64,000 nucleotides of DNA, from contig CAXXLF010000001.1 in NCBI GenBank assembly GCA_963664015.2, positions 128,001 through 192,000 on the forward strand. Reading direction: 5' to 3'. The position numbers and the translations under genes are program-made. Positions 42,078 through 52,845 of the stretch are shown here, in pieces (the first letter of the stretch is position 1; the number at the start of each line of letters is the position of its first letter). The DNA is from Candidatus Binatia bacterium. Its GTDB lineage: Bacteria > Desulfobacterota > Binatia > UBA9968 > CAXXLF01. The notes under the pieces were generated by a model. The model was not told where the DNA came from and made no database searches. It saw only the letters and a program-made list of their open reading frames with translations.

Positions 42078-43529
42078 CTAAGCCAAAACATCCTTCCACT
42101 TTTTTTGAATGCGTTGCCGTAATCCCAGGCTGTTGACCGCGACTGGGGGGAAGTCTTTTATCCAATCGTAGAGACGACAGGCATTGATGACGAGGTTATG
42201 GGCCGTATAGGAAGTTCTTCCCTTCTGCTGACTGGGATCCGAACGGTCTTCCGGGCGCACTCTCGGATCCAGTTGCCACACGGCAGTTCCGGGAATAACC
42301 GTAATTCCGATTTCCGGTGCGCATCGACCCGCAATGGCCCAGAGGACTTCCTCCGATTTACTGATATCGATATCGTCATCCACCAGGACCCAAATATGAT
42401 GCCCCATGTATTGGTCCCCTCCCGGAACCAGTACCCGAATAATATCATCGACATGAGTCGGGGACATCTGCTTGATGGCAACGGCACGCATATTAGGTCG
42501 ACCCAGGTAAAAGATTCTTTGAACCCCGGCAATTCCAGCCTTCTCGAGGCGCAATTTTGCATCAAGATCATCACCACCGAAATTGGGATTGTTATAATTA
42601 CCGATGGGCCGCATAGGGGGCTGGCCAAAAATGATGGGCTCGTTGCGATGATAAATCGCTTTAACTTCAATAATAGTCTCCGGTCGCCGACCATGGGCGT
42701 AGTAGCCCGTCCATTCGCCAAAAGGACCTTCAGGAACTAGGGCCTCGCTGGGAGAGGGCATAAACCCTTCAATGACTATCTCGCCGTGAGCGGGCATGGG
42801 AAGACCGGTAAATTCTCCCTTAACGACCGGATAGGCACTCCCGTGAATATAACCGGCCACCTCGAATTCGGAGACTCCCTCTGGGGTCATGTAGACACTC
42901 GGACCGGCCAGGGCCATCAGCACGGGCTCCTGCCCGACGGAAATTATGACCGGAGCTTTCTCTCCTCGATCCCAATATTTGCGGCGAATTCGGTCGCCGT
43001 GTTTACCGTGCTCCATGAAAATGGTGCAGGTGTTTTTATCGTAGATGGAGACCCGGTAGGCCCCGACGTTAACGAAATCCGAGTCCGGATCCTTCTGAAT
43101 GACGCACAAGCCGGTTCCAATGTAACGGCCTCCGTCATTCTCATGCCATTTGGGAGTAGGAAACTTGTAAAGATCGACCGCATCCCCCGTAAGTATATTT
43201 TCCATTACAGGGCCCGATTCTTCTTCCCGTGGCGGGACCGGCTTGAACCCGGCGATGACTTTATGCCAGCGCTCGGCTAAGCCATGGGGAGATGGATCCA
43301 GACCAAACGCTATGGCCGTACGCTTCGCCGTTGTGAACAGGTTGGAAGCAACTCGAAAACCCTTGGGATAACCGGGGATATGGTCAAAGAGGAGACTCTG
43401 ACCCAATTTTTCGGTCATGAGTTCGGTGATACCCCCGATATCCTCCTCCCAGTTGGCTCCATCAACCCTCCTGAGTTCACCTGCCTCTTCGAGTTTCAGA
43501 AGGTAATGGCGCAAATCATCCCACAACAT
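42078..43529 (-). CDS. UbiD-family decarboxylase/carboxylase
   Basis: DGGRYIGT, NVGAYR, EGPFGEWTGYY, LVDDDID. Confidence 0.9.
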   Translation of the reverse strand: MLWDDLRHYLLKLEEAGELRRVDGANWEEDIGGITELMTEKLGQSLLFDHIPGYPKGFRVASNLFTTAKRTAIAFGLDPSPHGLAERWHKVIAGFKPVPPREEESGPVMENILTGDAVDLYKFPTPKWHENDGGRYIGTGLCVIQKDPDSDFVNVGAYRVSIYDKNTCTIFMEHGKHGDRIRRKYWDRGEKAPVIISVGQEPVLMALAGPSVYMTPEGVSEFEVAGYIHGSAYPVVKGEFTGLPMPAHGEIVIEGFMPSPSEALVPEGPFGEWTGYYAHGRRPETIIEVKAIYHRNEPIIFGQPPMRPIGNYNNPNFGGDDLDAKLRLEKAGIAGVQRIFYLGRPNMRAVAIKQMSPTHVDDIIRVLVPGGDQYMGHHIWVLVDDDIDISKSEEVLWAIAGRCAPEIGITVIPGTAVWQLDPRVRPEDRSDPSQQKGRTSYTAHNLVINACRLYDWIKDFPPVAVNSLGLRQRIQKKWKDVLA

Positions 43530-43595
43530 GGATCCTCCCGGCCCTAACGCGTTTCATTGGATCTCCAGGGTCAAAATCCCCGCCCCTTCCAACGG

Positions 43596-44873
43596 TCAAG
43601 CCCGAACTTCAGCCTCCAGCAGTTTACATTGTTTTTTCCAATCCATGGAATTTGGCACAACCCCCACGTAGATGAGCAAGTTGGGAAATCTATTTTGGTT
43701 AGCTTCTCTGATCACATGGGGTGGATCCTGCCCATTTTGAACATCCTTGATGGCCTTCTGCAAAAGTTTCCGTTGTGCCACGATGGCTATATCGGAAGAA
43801 ACCAGGTGCTCCTTCGTCCTGTCCTGAATGGCCCCTGCTCCTTCTACAGCATAGACGTCCTGAATTGGAACACCATCGATACCGCTGTAGCTCCTTGTCT
43901 TCATGCTCTCTCGATCCTGCATGTACCGGTTGGATTTGTTTTGGAAGGGCTTATAATCCCGGGTAAATCCGGCTCCCCTTCCGACTTGTGCGAGGGTTCT
44001 ATCCACCGGCTTCTCTCTACTAAAGCTAAATATAAACTTCCAGTGATGGGTATCATCGATGGGGACATGCCAGTTGGCGGAGTATCCCTCGGGACCTTGG
44101 GGTCCACCAGGGAATGCGGTTATCGCGGGAAGCATAAAACAAAATATCCTTAGATACTGTTTATCCTCTCCCGCCTTGCATGTCCTGGAGAGTCTTACCC
44201 CGAAATCCGTAATTTCGGCATCGATGGTGTCCATACCCGGGGCAGCACCCCTGCCGCCACGAAAGCCCTGAAATTCAGACACTCCCGTAATATCAACCCC
44301 GCGAACCTGAAAGGGATAATGGAGTAAGGTGTTGTGAATGGGATCGTTATTCCCCTCGCTGCCCTGCAGGAAGTTGCAATCATGATACATCTTGGTCACC
44401 GAGGCATGGTCCTCCGGTACGGTAAGAAACTCATAGTTTGGGAGTAAAGGAGGGTCGCCTGGTCCCAGGTAGGCAAAGATAACTCCGTTTCGCTCCAGAC
44501 AGGGATAGGCAGGGTGACGGATACCCTCCCTTTGCTCGGGCTTGCCCCCTCCCGGCTCGCCGGGCATGTCAAGACAATTTCCACGAATATCGTAGAGCCA
44601 CCCATGATAAATACAACGGATTCCCCCATCCTCTACACGTCCATAGCTCAGGTCCGCTCCTCTGTGCGAACAGTGGATTCCCAGCAACCCGGGCTTTCCC
44701 TCGTCACCCCGGAACATAACCAGGTCTTCTCCCAGCAACCGCACGGGCATTGGGGCCCCCCCCACAGGTAACTCCTCTGAAAGGGCTGCGGGCTGCCAAT
44801 ACCGGCGCATCATATCCCCTCCTGGAGTTCCGGCATTCGTTCTAGTTAAAACTTCGTATGGGTCCGTGCTCAT
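43596..44873 (-). CDS. Rieske oxygenase (phthalate-dioxygenase-like)
   Basis: CSHRG/CIYHG; EGNNDPIHNTLLH; QD. Confidence 0.92.
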   Translation of the reverse strand: MSTDPYEVLTRTNAGTPGGDMMRRYWQPAALSEELPVGGAPMPVRLLGEDLVMFRGDEGKPGLLGIHCSHRGADLSYGRVEDGGIRCIYHGWLYDIRGNCLDMPGEPGGGKPEQREGIRHPAYPCLERNGVIFAYLGPGDPPLLPNYEFLTVPEDHASVTKMYHDCNFLQGSEGNNDPIHNTLLHYPFQVRGVDITGVSEFQGFRGGRGAAPGMDTIDAEITDFGVRLSRTCKAGEDKQYLRIFCFMLPAITAFPGGPQGPEGYSANWHVPIDDTHHWKFIFSFSREKPVDRTLAQVGRGAGFTRDYKPFQNKSNRYMQDRESMKTRSYSGIDGVPIQDVYAVEGAGAIQDRTKEHLVSSDIAIVAQRKLLQKAIKDVQNGQDPPHVIREANQNRFPNLLIYVGVVPNSMDWKKQCKLLEAEVRA

Positions 44874-45099
44874 AGCCCTATCCCTCCACTTTTAATGACC
44901 TCAATTTTCGTTGAGATATGGTGCGGCCATAGCTGTTTTTACTACCTCATCGAATAACATATTCTCCTTCCAAATCAAATACTTCACAGGAAACCATGGG
45001 CTCGCTCGCCCTGGAACTCTTGCTTTATGGGGCCAAGGGAGTTACCGCCACCTGCGGGGTAGGCACAAGAGAATGTTTTGGGGTGTAACCGTCAACTCA

Positions 45100-46365
45100 T
45101 CACCGAGCAGCAGTCTGCAACGCTTCGGAGTGTGCCTTCCATTCGATAGAGCTGTCGACCACACCAGCGTAAATTATCATGTTGGGAAATCGATTCTGCT
45201 CTTTGTTCCAAATGACATGAGGAGGGTTTCTACCTTCCTGAACATCTTTTATGGCATTCATCAACAATTTCCGCTCTGCCACAATAACTCGGTCCGATGA
45301 CACCAGATGCTCCCGTGTGCGGTCCTGAATGGGTCCGGCTCCCTCTATGACACAGCCATCCTGTGGCCCAAATCCTGGGATTCCACTAAAGCTCTCTGTC
45401 TTCATAGAGCTTCTATCCTGCAGGTATCGGTTGGCTTTATTCTGAAGCGGTTTATAACCTGGTCCCACATCTGTACTACTGCCCCGCACCACGGCTTCGC
45501 TAGGCGGCCCATCCCTATGAAAGATAAATTCATATCTCCAATGGTGGGTGTCATCGATAGCCACGTGCCAACGAGCAGAGTATCCTCCTCTCCCTTGAAG
45601 AGGGCCGGGAAACATTGTAAGATTAGGCATGACAAAGTGGTAGATGCGCAGGTTCTTCTTATCCTTCCCCATCGACGTCATGTCGCACAGCCTCACCCCG
45701 AAATCGGTCACTTCCGCATCCACCGTTTGCAACCCAGGCACTGGACCTCTTCCACCCCGAAAGACCTGATACTTCTTTACCCCTGTATGCCCCAAATTCT
45801 GATTTGGATGGTGGAGGAGATTGTTATGAACGGGGTCGAGGTTTCCTTCGTTGCCCTGCAAGTAGTTGCATTCCTGAAAAGCCTTGGCGACGTACCTATG
45901 ACTGTCAGGAACGGTGAGAAACTCATAATTGGGAAGGAGTGGTGGCTCCCCTGGACCCAGGTAAGCGAAAACGACTCCGCCCCGTTCCTGACACGGATAC
46001 GCCGGATGACGGATCGCCGCCCTCTGCTCCGGCCTTCCTCCCCCCCGTTCTCCCGGCATGTCGAGACAACGGCCCCCGATATCGTAGAGCCATCCGTGAT
46101 AAATGCATCTCAACCCACCATCTTCTACCCGGCCATAACTCAGGTCTGCTCCCCTGTGAGAACAATGGACACCCAGCAATCCGGGTCGTCCTTTGTCATC
46201 CCGAAACAATACCAGATCCTCTCCCAGCAAACGCACGGGCATAGGAGTCCCACCTTGGACCAATTCCTCCGACAGAGCAGCGGGTTGCCAATACCGGCGC
46301 ATAAGGTCGCCGCATGGAGAACCAGGATCCGTTGAGATGAGTAATTCGTTTTCTTCTCGTGTCAT
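45100..46365 (-). CDS. Rieske oxygenase (phthalate-dioxygenase-like), tandem paralogue
   Basis: CSHRG/CIYHG; EGNLDPVHNNLLH; QD; start MTREENELL. Confidence 0.92.
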   Translation of the reverse strand: MTREENELLISTDPGSPCGDLMRRYWQPAALSEELVQGGTPMPVRLLGEDLVLFRDDKGRPGLLGVHCSHRGADLSYGRVEDGGLRCIYHGWLYDIGGRCLDMPGERGGGRPEQRAAIRHPAYPCQERGGVVFAYLGPGEPPLLPNYEFLTVPDSHRYVAKAFQECNYLQGNEGNLDPVHNNLLHHPNQNLGHTGVKKYQVFRGGRGPVPGLQTVDAEVTDFGVRLCDMTSMGKDKKNLRIYHFVMPNLTMFPGPLQGRGGYSARWHVAIDDTHHWRYEFIFHRDGPPSEAVVRGSSTDVGPGYKPLQNKANRYLQDRSSMKTESFSGIPGFGPQDGCVIEGAGPIQDRTREHLVSSDRVIVAERKLLMNAIKDVQEGRNPPHVIWNKEQNRFPNMIIYAGVVDSSIEWKAHSEALQTAAR

Positions 46366-46384
46366 GAAGTCTTGAATGAGTATT

Positions 46385-48340
46385 CTAAAGTACTGCGCCC
46401 AATTTCTGCCCATCGAAGATCGCATCCGTCGCCCGCCGTGGGATTAAACAGTCACCGATAGCGTACAATGAACCGACCCTCGCCAGCAGTGCCCGGTAGA
46501 GCTCTTGATCAGATCGATTGCTCCCCGCATAGACCAGGGTATCCACCCCTGCCACCGTTTGCTCACGACCGGACAGAGGACTGATCAGTATGACATCCGA
46601 TCCCTCGACACGACTGATCACATGCCCGGGAAAAAAATTGGCGCCCGCCGGATACAAACGGCCCATGGCCGCAAGGCGATCCCCACCGGTAGGAATATCT
46701 ACACCCACCACAGGCATCGGGGTAACAAGGGTAATTTTCTTCCCCATCTGCACCAGGTGTTCGGCGGTGGCAAGCCCCGACCAATGACCGTCGAGGTCAA
46801 GAAGTAAGATATGATGACCCACATCCTTCCCCCCCATCACGTCCCGTACACTGACTATTGGAATCGTTGAATTCCAATCCGGCAACTGGGGCGCCACCGC
46901 ATGGGACCCCGTGGCCACGACAACAACGTCGGCACCCAACGCCATCACATCCTCCGCGGACATGCGACGACCCAAATGGACTTCAACAGCCAGGCGTTCG
47001 AGTTCACCAGCCAAATAGGTGGTAATCTCACCAAACTCGTTTCGCATGGGTGCCCGGGCTGCTAACGAGACCTGGCCGCCTAGCTCCGATTCGGCTGTGA
47101 ACAGGCGGACACGATGCCCGCGGCGGCCTGCGATCTCCGCAACCTTCATGCCCGCCGGTCCTCCGCCAATCACGGCAATTTGTTGAGGGGCCCGAGCCGG
47201 CTTCAGGCGGAATTCGCCCCATTCTCTTTCCCTACCCACCGCCGGGTTCTGCAAGCAGGAAATCGGTATCTTCCGGGAGGCACGGCCGAAACACTCCTGA
47301 TTGCATCCAATGCAAAGGCGGACCGAACCAGGGTCCCCTCGCATGACCTTGGTTACAAACGCCGGATCGGCAATCAAACCACGAGCAAAAGAGACCAGGT
47401 CGGCTTTGCCCTCGGCCAATATCTGTTCCGCCTGCTCCGGATATTTGATCCTCTGATTAGCGATGGTCAGGGCCCGGCTTAATCGCTGCTTGACCGCTGC
47501 TGCATCTTTTACCAGGTCCCCGAGGGGTGTGTGCATTCCCCGCCCGGCCCGATCCCGGTCTTCGTACGGCCCTTCCGAAACGTGCACGAAATCCACGCCT
47601 TTGATCTCTTCAATCCACTGAGCTACCTGGCAACCATCATCCAGGGTCAAGCCGCCGGGGACCCTCTGCTTTACGGTCAGCTTCACGCCCAGGATCATGG
47701 ACTCGCGCCCCCATGCCCCCCGCAACGAATCTATCACCTCGAAAAGAAAGCGGCACCGATTTTCCAGCGAACCGCCATAAGCATCCTTGCGTTTATTGCT
47801 ATAGGGGGAAAGGAATTCCTCGATCAGGTAGCCTGTGGATGCGTGAAGTTCGATGCCGTCAAAGCCTGCTTCGCATACGTATCGAGCGCTACGAGCAAAA
47901 GCCCCTAGGACGGCACCAATATCTTCCTGATTCATTTCTTTGGGAATCTGGCGGGTAGCCGCATAAGGAATGGGTGAAGGGGCAAACAGTGGAGAACGGC
48001 TAAAGGTACTATCGGCCTGTCGTCCCGTATGATTGAGTTGAACCAACGCGAGCGCCCCATGACGCTGGATGGCCTGGGCGAGACGGGTCATTCCAGGCAC
48101 GCATCCGCTGTCCAGGGTTGTCAACTCACCCGGCGAATTGACCGCATTGGGCAGGATGAGGTAGTGACCCGTGGAGATAATTCCGACGTTGTTTCTGGCC
48201 CGCTCCTCGATGTAGTCGATGTACTTATCAGTGACGGTCCCATGATCAGCAAAACCCGTGCTGTGGGGCGCCATATAGACACGGTTCTTAGCGATTTTTG
48301 GGCCTATCTGGATGGGCTCGAGAAGGTGGCTAAAATTCAC
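46385..48340 (-). CDS. NADH:flavin oxidoreductase (OYE barrel + 4Fe-4S + FAD/NAD domain; DCR/TMADH-like)
   Basis: KNRVYMAP, QLNHTGR, AGFDGIELH, YGGSLENR, CIGCNQEC...C, GGGPAG. Confidence 0.92.
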   Translation of the reverse strand: MNFSHLLEPIQIGPKIAKNRVYMAPHSTGFADHGTVTDKYIDYIEERARNNVGIISTGHYLILPNAVNSPGELTTLDSGCVPGMTRLAQAIQRHGALALVQLNHTGRQADSTFSRSPLFAPSPIPYAATRQIPKEMNQEDIGAVLGAFARSARYVCEAGFDGIELHASTGYLIEEFLSPYSNKRKDAYGGSLENRCRFLFEVIDSLRGAWGRESMILGVKLTVKQRVPGGLTLDDGCQVAQWIEEIKGVDFVHVSEGPYEDRDRAGRGMHTPLGDLVKDAAAVKQRLSRALTIANQRIKYPEQAEQILAEGKADLVSFARGLIADPAFVTKVMRGDPGSVRLCIGCNQECFGRASRKIPISCLQNPAVGREREWGEFRLKPARAPQQIAVIGGGPAGMKVAEIAGRRGHRVRLFTAESELGGQVSLAARAPMRNEFGEITTYLAGELERLAVEVHLGRRMSAEDVMALGADVVVVATGSHAVAPQLPDWNSTIPIVSVRDVMGGKDVGHHILLLDLDGHWSGLATAEHLVQMGKKITLVTPMPVVGVDIPTGGDRLAAMGRLYPAGANFFPGHVISRVEGSDVILISPLSGREQTVAGVDTLVYAGSNRSDQELYRALLARVGSLYAIGDCLIPRRATDAIFDGQKLGAVL

Positions 48341-48688
48341 TGCTTATCTCCCATGGGGCCCCCACGGCGATTCGAGAGCCCTTAAAAGCAGGGATGATCC
48401 TTCGCCCTGCAGAGACACCGGATGTGTCAAGGGACTTCCAGCTTTCCCACTCATCGGTTATGCGGGCCCACCCAACCCATAAATGTCTCTTTACGATTTG
48501 GTTGTAAGAGCCCCTTACCTTCCAATGCCATGGGTTAGTACATTCAACCCACCGTCTGCTTTTCATAGGCAAGTGGTATGTCATTTATGAGGGTTTGTAT
48601 CCCAGCCCTACCGTAGCGCGATCTTCGCTGATGAGGGATCTAATCGGATTACGCCTCACCTTGTAGCTTGGCACCCAAGCCTATCCCC

Positions 48689-50413
48689 TCATATGGGTTC
48701 GCCTGCTATGGACACGCGTTTCTGTAACATCATTAGTAACAAGCCCATTATCAGCAGAAAACCAATCAAAACGATACCGAGTGCGGAGACGGCATGAAAG
48801 TTCCCCCCCGAATCCCACATGTACCACAACATAACTCCAATCACCTGATCCTGTTCACTGCTAAACAGCATCAAAGGCAACCCTGTCATCCTGAAAACAT
48901 GCCCAAAGGTCCATATGAAGATAATTGTAAATGTAGGGACGAGTAGCGGAAATGTGATCTTGCAAAAGACAACCAGCTTTGAGGCTCCGCAAATACCCCC
49001 CGCTTCCTCCATTTCCCGGTGCAGTTGCATTAGACCAGCAGTCATAGCGCGAGTACCGAATGGCAAAAATAGAATAGTAAATCCTAGGGCTATAGGCCAG
49101 ATGGTACCGTAGAGATTAAACGGGAGAACCTTATCTGCCTGTAAAGAAACCCACACCAGGGATATTCCCATAATAACCCCTGGCACCGCGTGGGGAGAGA
49201 AGGCCAGAAGATCCAGCCATTTTTTGAAGGGAACAGTGCTTCTCAGCAATACATAAGCCACCGAGAATGACAGAGCTATGACTGCCACCGAGGCTACCAC
49301 CGATACAATCATCGTATTCGACACGGTTCTTCCTAATTCTTGATACGCGGCGAGTGTTCTCCAACCCTCCAAGGAAAGACGGTTCCACGCATCCCATGAA
49401 GGAGGCATAGGATACGGGGTAAAGGAGGTCCAAAGTAGCGTCACGGTTGGTGCAATGACAGTGACGAACAAGTAAAAAGCTACGACACTCAACAGGATCC
49501 TCTTAGTCCATTTACCCAGCTTGACTTCCTTGGGTTGGTAACCTTTACCCGTGACGACCTCAAATCGACGGATCTCACGAATGGTTCGAAGGTACAACAG
49601 AGTCCCCACGACCAGGACAACCAAAAATACCATGGATAAGGCACTGGCAGTCCCATAGTTGGCTGTGTCCGCTGCCAATACCTCAGCGTAGATTCTCGTG
49701 CTGAAGACAAAGATGCGCGCGGGGAGACCAATTATCCCTGGGATCTCAAACACACCCATCACGCTGATCCCTATGTATAAGGATACTCCAATCAGCCCTG
49801 GCATAAGCAATGGCAGTAAAATCCTTCGAATGACTGTATGGGATTTTGCACCGCATATCCTGGCCGTTTCTTCCAAAGAGGCCGGCAACTTCCGCAAGAG
49901 AGGCCACATCAGCAACATCACTGCGGGAATCATGCGCAGTCCCTCTAGGAAAATCATGCTCGGCATGGAGTAGATATTATAGAGAGGCCTCCCCCACCAC
50001 ATTGTAAAATATTGATTGATGTAGCCCATCCGTGGACTTAACAGCAGGACCCACGCCATGGCTTGCAGCAGACTCGGCATGGCGATACTCATGGTGATCA
50101 TTAGAAAGATCCCATATTTAAAGGGTAGATCGGTCCTTGCGACAATCCAGGCGAAAGCCATTCCTGCAATGAGAGAAAACAGGACTGTTCCGGTAACGTA
50201 AACGATGGTGTTAGTAATAACCTTATAGGTACTGGGGCTGGAGTAAACTTCGATATAATTCGCCAATCCCATTTTGGCCGGATTGATATCTATTAATATG
50301 GAACTCGTGCTGAGGCTGCCCAAAATCAAAAAGGCTACGGGCGTAATGGCCAGCGCACCGACGAGTATAAAGACAAAACTAGGGAATAATTTTGGGCTCC
50401 AGAGGAGTCTCAT
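48689..50413 (-). CDS. ABC transporter permease (FbpB-like, two BPD_transp domains); start may be 50434
   Basis: About 12 TM helices, two EAA-like loops (LEETARICGA, MEEAGGICGA), VVTGKG. Confidence 0.92.
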   Translation of the reverse strand: MRLLWSPKLFPSFVFILVGALAITPVAFLILGSLSTSSILIDINPAKMGLANYIEVYSSPSTYKVITNTIVYVTGTVLFSLIAGMAFAWIVARTDLPFKYGIFLMITMSIAMPSLLQAMAWVLLLSPRMGYINQYFTMWWGRPLYNIYSMPSMIFLEGLRMIPAVMLLMWPLLRKLPASLEETARICGAKSHTVIRRILLPLLMPGLIGVSLYIGISVMGVFEIPGIIGLPARIFVFSTRIYAEVLAADTANYGTASALSMVFLVVLVVGTLLYLRTIREIRRFEVVTGKGYQPKEVKLGKWTKRILLSVVAFYLFVTVIAPTVTLLWTSFTPYPMPPSWDAWNRLSLEGWRTLAAYQELGRTVSNTMIVSVVASVAVIALSFSVAYVLLRSTVPFKKWLDLLAFSPHAVPGVIMGISLVWVSLQADKVLPFNLYGTIWPIALGFTILFLPFGTRAMTAGLMQLHREMEEAGGICGASKLVVFCKITFPLLVPTFTIIFIWTFGHVFRMTGLPLMLFSSEQDQVIGVMLWYMWDSGGNFHAVSALGIVLIGFLLIMGLLLMMLQKRVSIAGEPI

Positions 50414-50455
50414 CGGGCCCCTATCATGCTGCATTTACTTCTCGCATGAGATCCT

Positions 50456-51613
50456 TTACGGTGCAGAGTGTTCGAGGTTGGTACTACTAGCCGAACTCAG
50501 CGTGGCGTCCTCCCCTTTGAGCAAGATGGCTAGACATCGTGCCGGGGGGAAATGCAAGAACACACGATCATCCCGTTTCAAATCGATAAAACTAGCGGCC
50601 CGGGCCTGGAACAAGTTGTCTCCGCACCGGACCTTGCACTCCAGGGCATCTCCAATGAATGTAGATTGTTCTACGATCCCCTCAAAAATGTTCTCCTTAG
50701 CCTCGGGCCGCTCGGAAAACACTTCAATCACTTCCGGACGCACTCCGATATCGACATCATCCCCGACTTTTATTTCTTTAGGTAAAGAGCAAGTCAACTG
50801 GGTCCCTCCGCTACGGACCAACCCCATATCACCATCTTTTTCTCGATTCACGACCTGCCCTGTAAACACATTAATGCTCCCGATAAAAGTCGCAATGAAT
50901 TGGCTTTGAGGAGACAGATAAATATCTCGAGCGGTCCCCTCCTGAATAATGGAACCGCCATGCATAACCCCGATGCGATCGGACATGGATAAGGCCTCGA
51001 TTTGGTCATGGGTTACGTATAAGGTCGAAAGTCCCAAGCGTTCCACCAATGACTTCAACTCCAGGCGCATTTCCGTTCTGAGTTTCGCATCGAGATTGCT
51101 TAGAGGTTCATCCAAGAGCAGCATTTTTGGCTCATAAACGAGGGCGCGAGCAAGGGCGACCCTTTGCTGCTGACCACCGCTCAATAGGGGTGCCGGGCGA
51201 CTCTCCATGCCATCCATCTGAACCAGTTCAAGGGACTTGAGGACCCGCTCCTTGATTTCCTTTTTGGAAACCCGCCGCCGCCCGTAAGTCAGAGGAAACG
51301 CAACGTTGTCAAAGACACTCATATGAGGCCAGATGGCGTATGACTGAAAGACCATCCCCACATCACGTTTATGAGAGGGTTCATTGATCCTTTGGGCGGC
51401 TGAGAAGACGGCCCGATCCCCAAGATAGATCTCCCCGCCATTGGGCTCTTCCAGTCCTGCCACACAGCGTAGCGTCGTGGTCTTACCGCACCCGGATGGC
51501 CCGAGTAGAGTATAAAATTCTCCCGGTTGGAGTTGGAAGGAAACGCCCTTGACGGCTTCTACAGCTCCGGTGTCGGTGGTATAGATCTTTCGAAGGTTTT
51601 CTACTCTGAGCAT
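50456..51613 (-). CDS. ABC transporter ATP-binding protein (FbpC/PotA-like, TOBE domain)
   Basis: GPSGCGKTT, LSGGQQQR, LLLDEP. Confidence 0.95.
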   Translation of the reverse strand: MLRVENLRKIYTTDTGAVEAVKGVSFQLQPGEFYTLLGPSGCGKTTTLRCVAGLEEPNGGEIYLGDRAVFSAAQRINEPSHKRDVGMVFQSYAIWPHMSVFDNVAFPLTYGRRRVSKKEIKERVLKSLELVQMDGMESRPAPLLSGGQQQRVALARALVYEPKMLLLDEPLSNLDAKLRTEMRLELKSLVERLGLSTLYVTHDQIEALSMSDRIGVMHGGSIIQEGTARDIYLSPQSQFIATFIGSINVFTGQVVNREKDGDMGLVRSGGTQLTCSLPKEIKVGDDVDIGVRPEVIEVFSERPEAKENIFEGIVEQSTFIGDALECKVRCGDNLFQARAASFIDLKRDDRVFLHFPPARCLAILLKGEDATLSSASSTNLEHSAP

Positions 51614-51673
51614 CTTTTAAGCCCCCCCCCAAGGGCAGCAGCACAAAAAACGAGTTAGTCATCCGCATCCCGC

Positions 51674-52777
51674 TTAATCACCGAGCCACAATTTTTTCCA
51701 ATACTTCTGCGTGTCTTTTAGCCCCGCCAACAATTTTACCCGTGAAGGGGTAACAATTTTTCGGCCGATCTGCTCCTTCGGAAACTGCACAAATTTTGGA
51801 TTCCTCCTCAGTTCAGGATGGGCCGGCGTCGACCGATTTGATTTAAACTGTGCGATTTGACCTTCCTTACTATTCCAATAGGACAGGAACAGCTTGGCTG
51901 CGTTCGTACGAGGACTCCCCTTGACGATCATCAATGAGCCGGCCATAGGCCCAAAATAGGGACCTTCCGGAAAGGTCCAAGCCACCGGGGCTCCCTTGTC
52001 AGCATACCTTCTAGCTTCTCTATCGAGACCTGTGAAGAGGACGTCGTATTCCCCGGCTGCCAATAACGTAACCACAGTCCCCGAGCCTTCCTTCCTCAAT
52101 TGAAGCTTTTTGTTAGCAAAAAACCTTTTGAGGAAGGCTTTGGTGCGCTCAGGACCCAGCACCGCCCACATGATATGCGGCAACAGGTGGGGTTTGTTTG
52201 CTGTGGCGATCCGGTCGCCCCACTTGGGATTTAAGAGGTCCTCCCAGGTCCGAATCTCATCCTTAGACACCCTGTCGGTACGGTAGGCAATCCCCCATCC
52301 TGGCATCCAGCGGGCAATCCAGCGACCTTTCTTGTCTTTTGCCGCATCATCGTACACCTGGAATACAGAGAGATCGCTTAAATCGGTGAACATGTCGTAT
52401 TTGATCATGTTGGGGATTCCGCCGCTGATTCCACTTACAATATCCGCTATGATCCGACCATGGCGGAACTCCGTAATCGTCTTACCAAAGCGTGCTCGGC
52501 CATCGGCCTTGGTATTGCGCACCCGAAGGAACGGGACCTTTTTTTGAAATGGTTTTACAAAAATAGCAAAGTCTTCAGGAGTCAGGGAACTCCGTATCCT
52601 TACCTCACCTTCTTTCTTGGCTGCTTCTACAATCTTGGGAGGGACTACGATCTGACCGTCATCAAAGGTAACTCTTGTCATGGACTGCGCATTCGCCGCA
52701 GGAGCCCATAGGGCCAAAAGCAACACCACAACCCATCCAACTAGAAACCCGACGCGTACACATTTAAGGTCAATCAT
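51674..52777 (-). CDS. ABC solute-binding protein
   Basis: Signal peptide, AAKKEGEV, WEDLLNPKW, SPRTNAAKLF...EGQ. Confidence 0.9.
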   Translation of the reverse strand: MIDLKCVRVGFLVGWVVVLLLALWAPAANAQSMTRVTFDDGQIVVPPKIVEAAKKEGEVRIRSSLTPEDFAIFVKPFQKKVPFLRVRNTKADGRARFGKTITEFRHGRIIADIVSGISGGIPNMIKYDMFTDLSDLSVFQVYDDAAKDKKGRWIARWMPGWGIAYRTDRVSKDEIRTWEDLLNPKWGDRIATANKPHLLPHIMWAVLGPERTKAFLKRFFANKKLQLRKEGSGTVVTLLAAGEYDVLFTGLDREARRYADKGAPVAWTFPEGPYFGPMAGSLMIVKGSPRTNAAKLFLSYWNSKEGQIAQFKSNRSTPAHPELRRNPKFVQFPKEQIGRKIVTPSRVKLLAGLKDTQKYWKKLWLGD

Positions 52778-52845
52778 TTTGTCTTTTCCTTTCGTCCCAT
52801 GTTGACTTACCGGAAATTTGTTCCTCAATCCATTTTTTAAAGAGA

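Noticed and set aside
45307-46335. 342-aa plus-strand ORF
   Set aside because: Antisense shadow of a Rieske gene
48341-48688. 350-bp spacer with small hairpins and an 84-aa ORF
   Set aside because: No recognisable RNA family or protein motif
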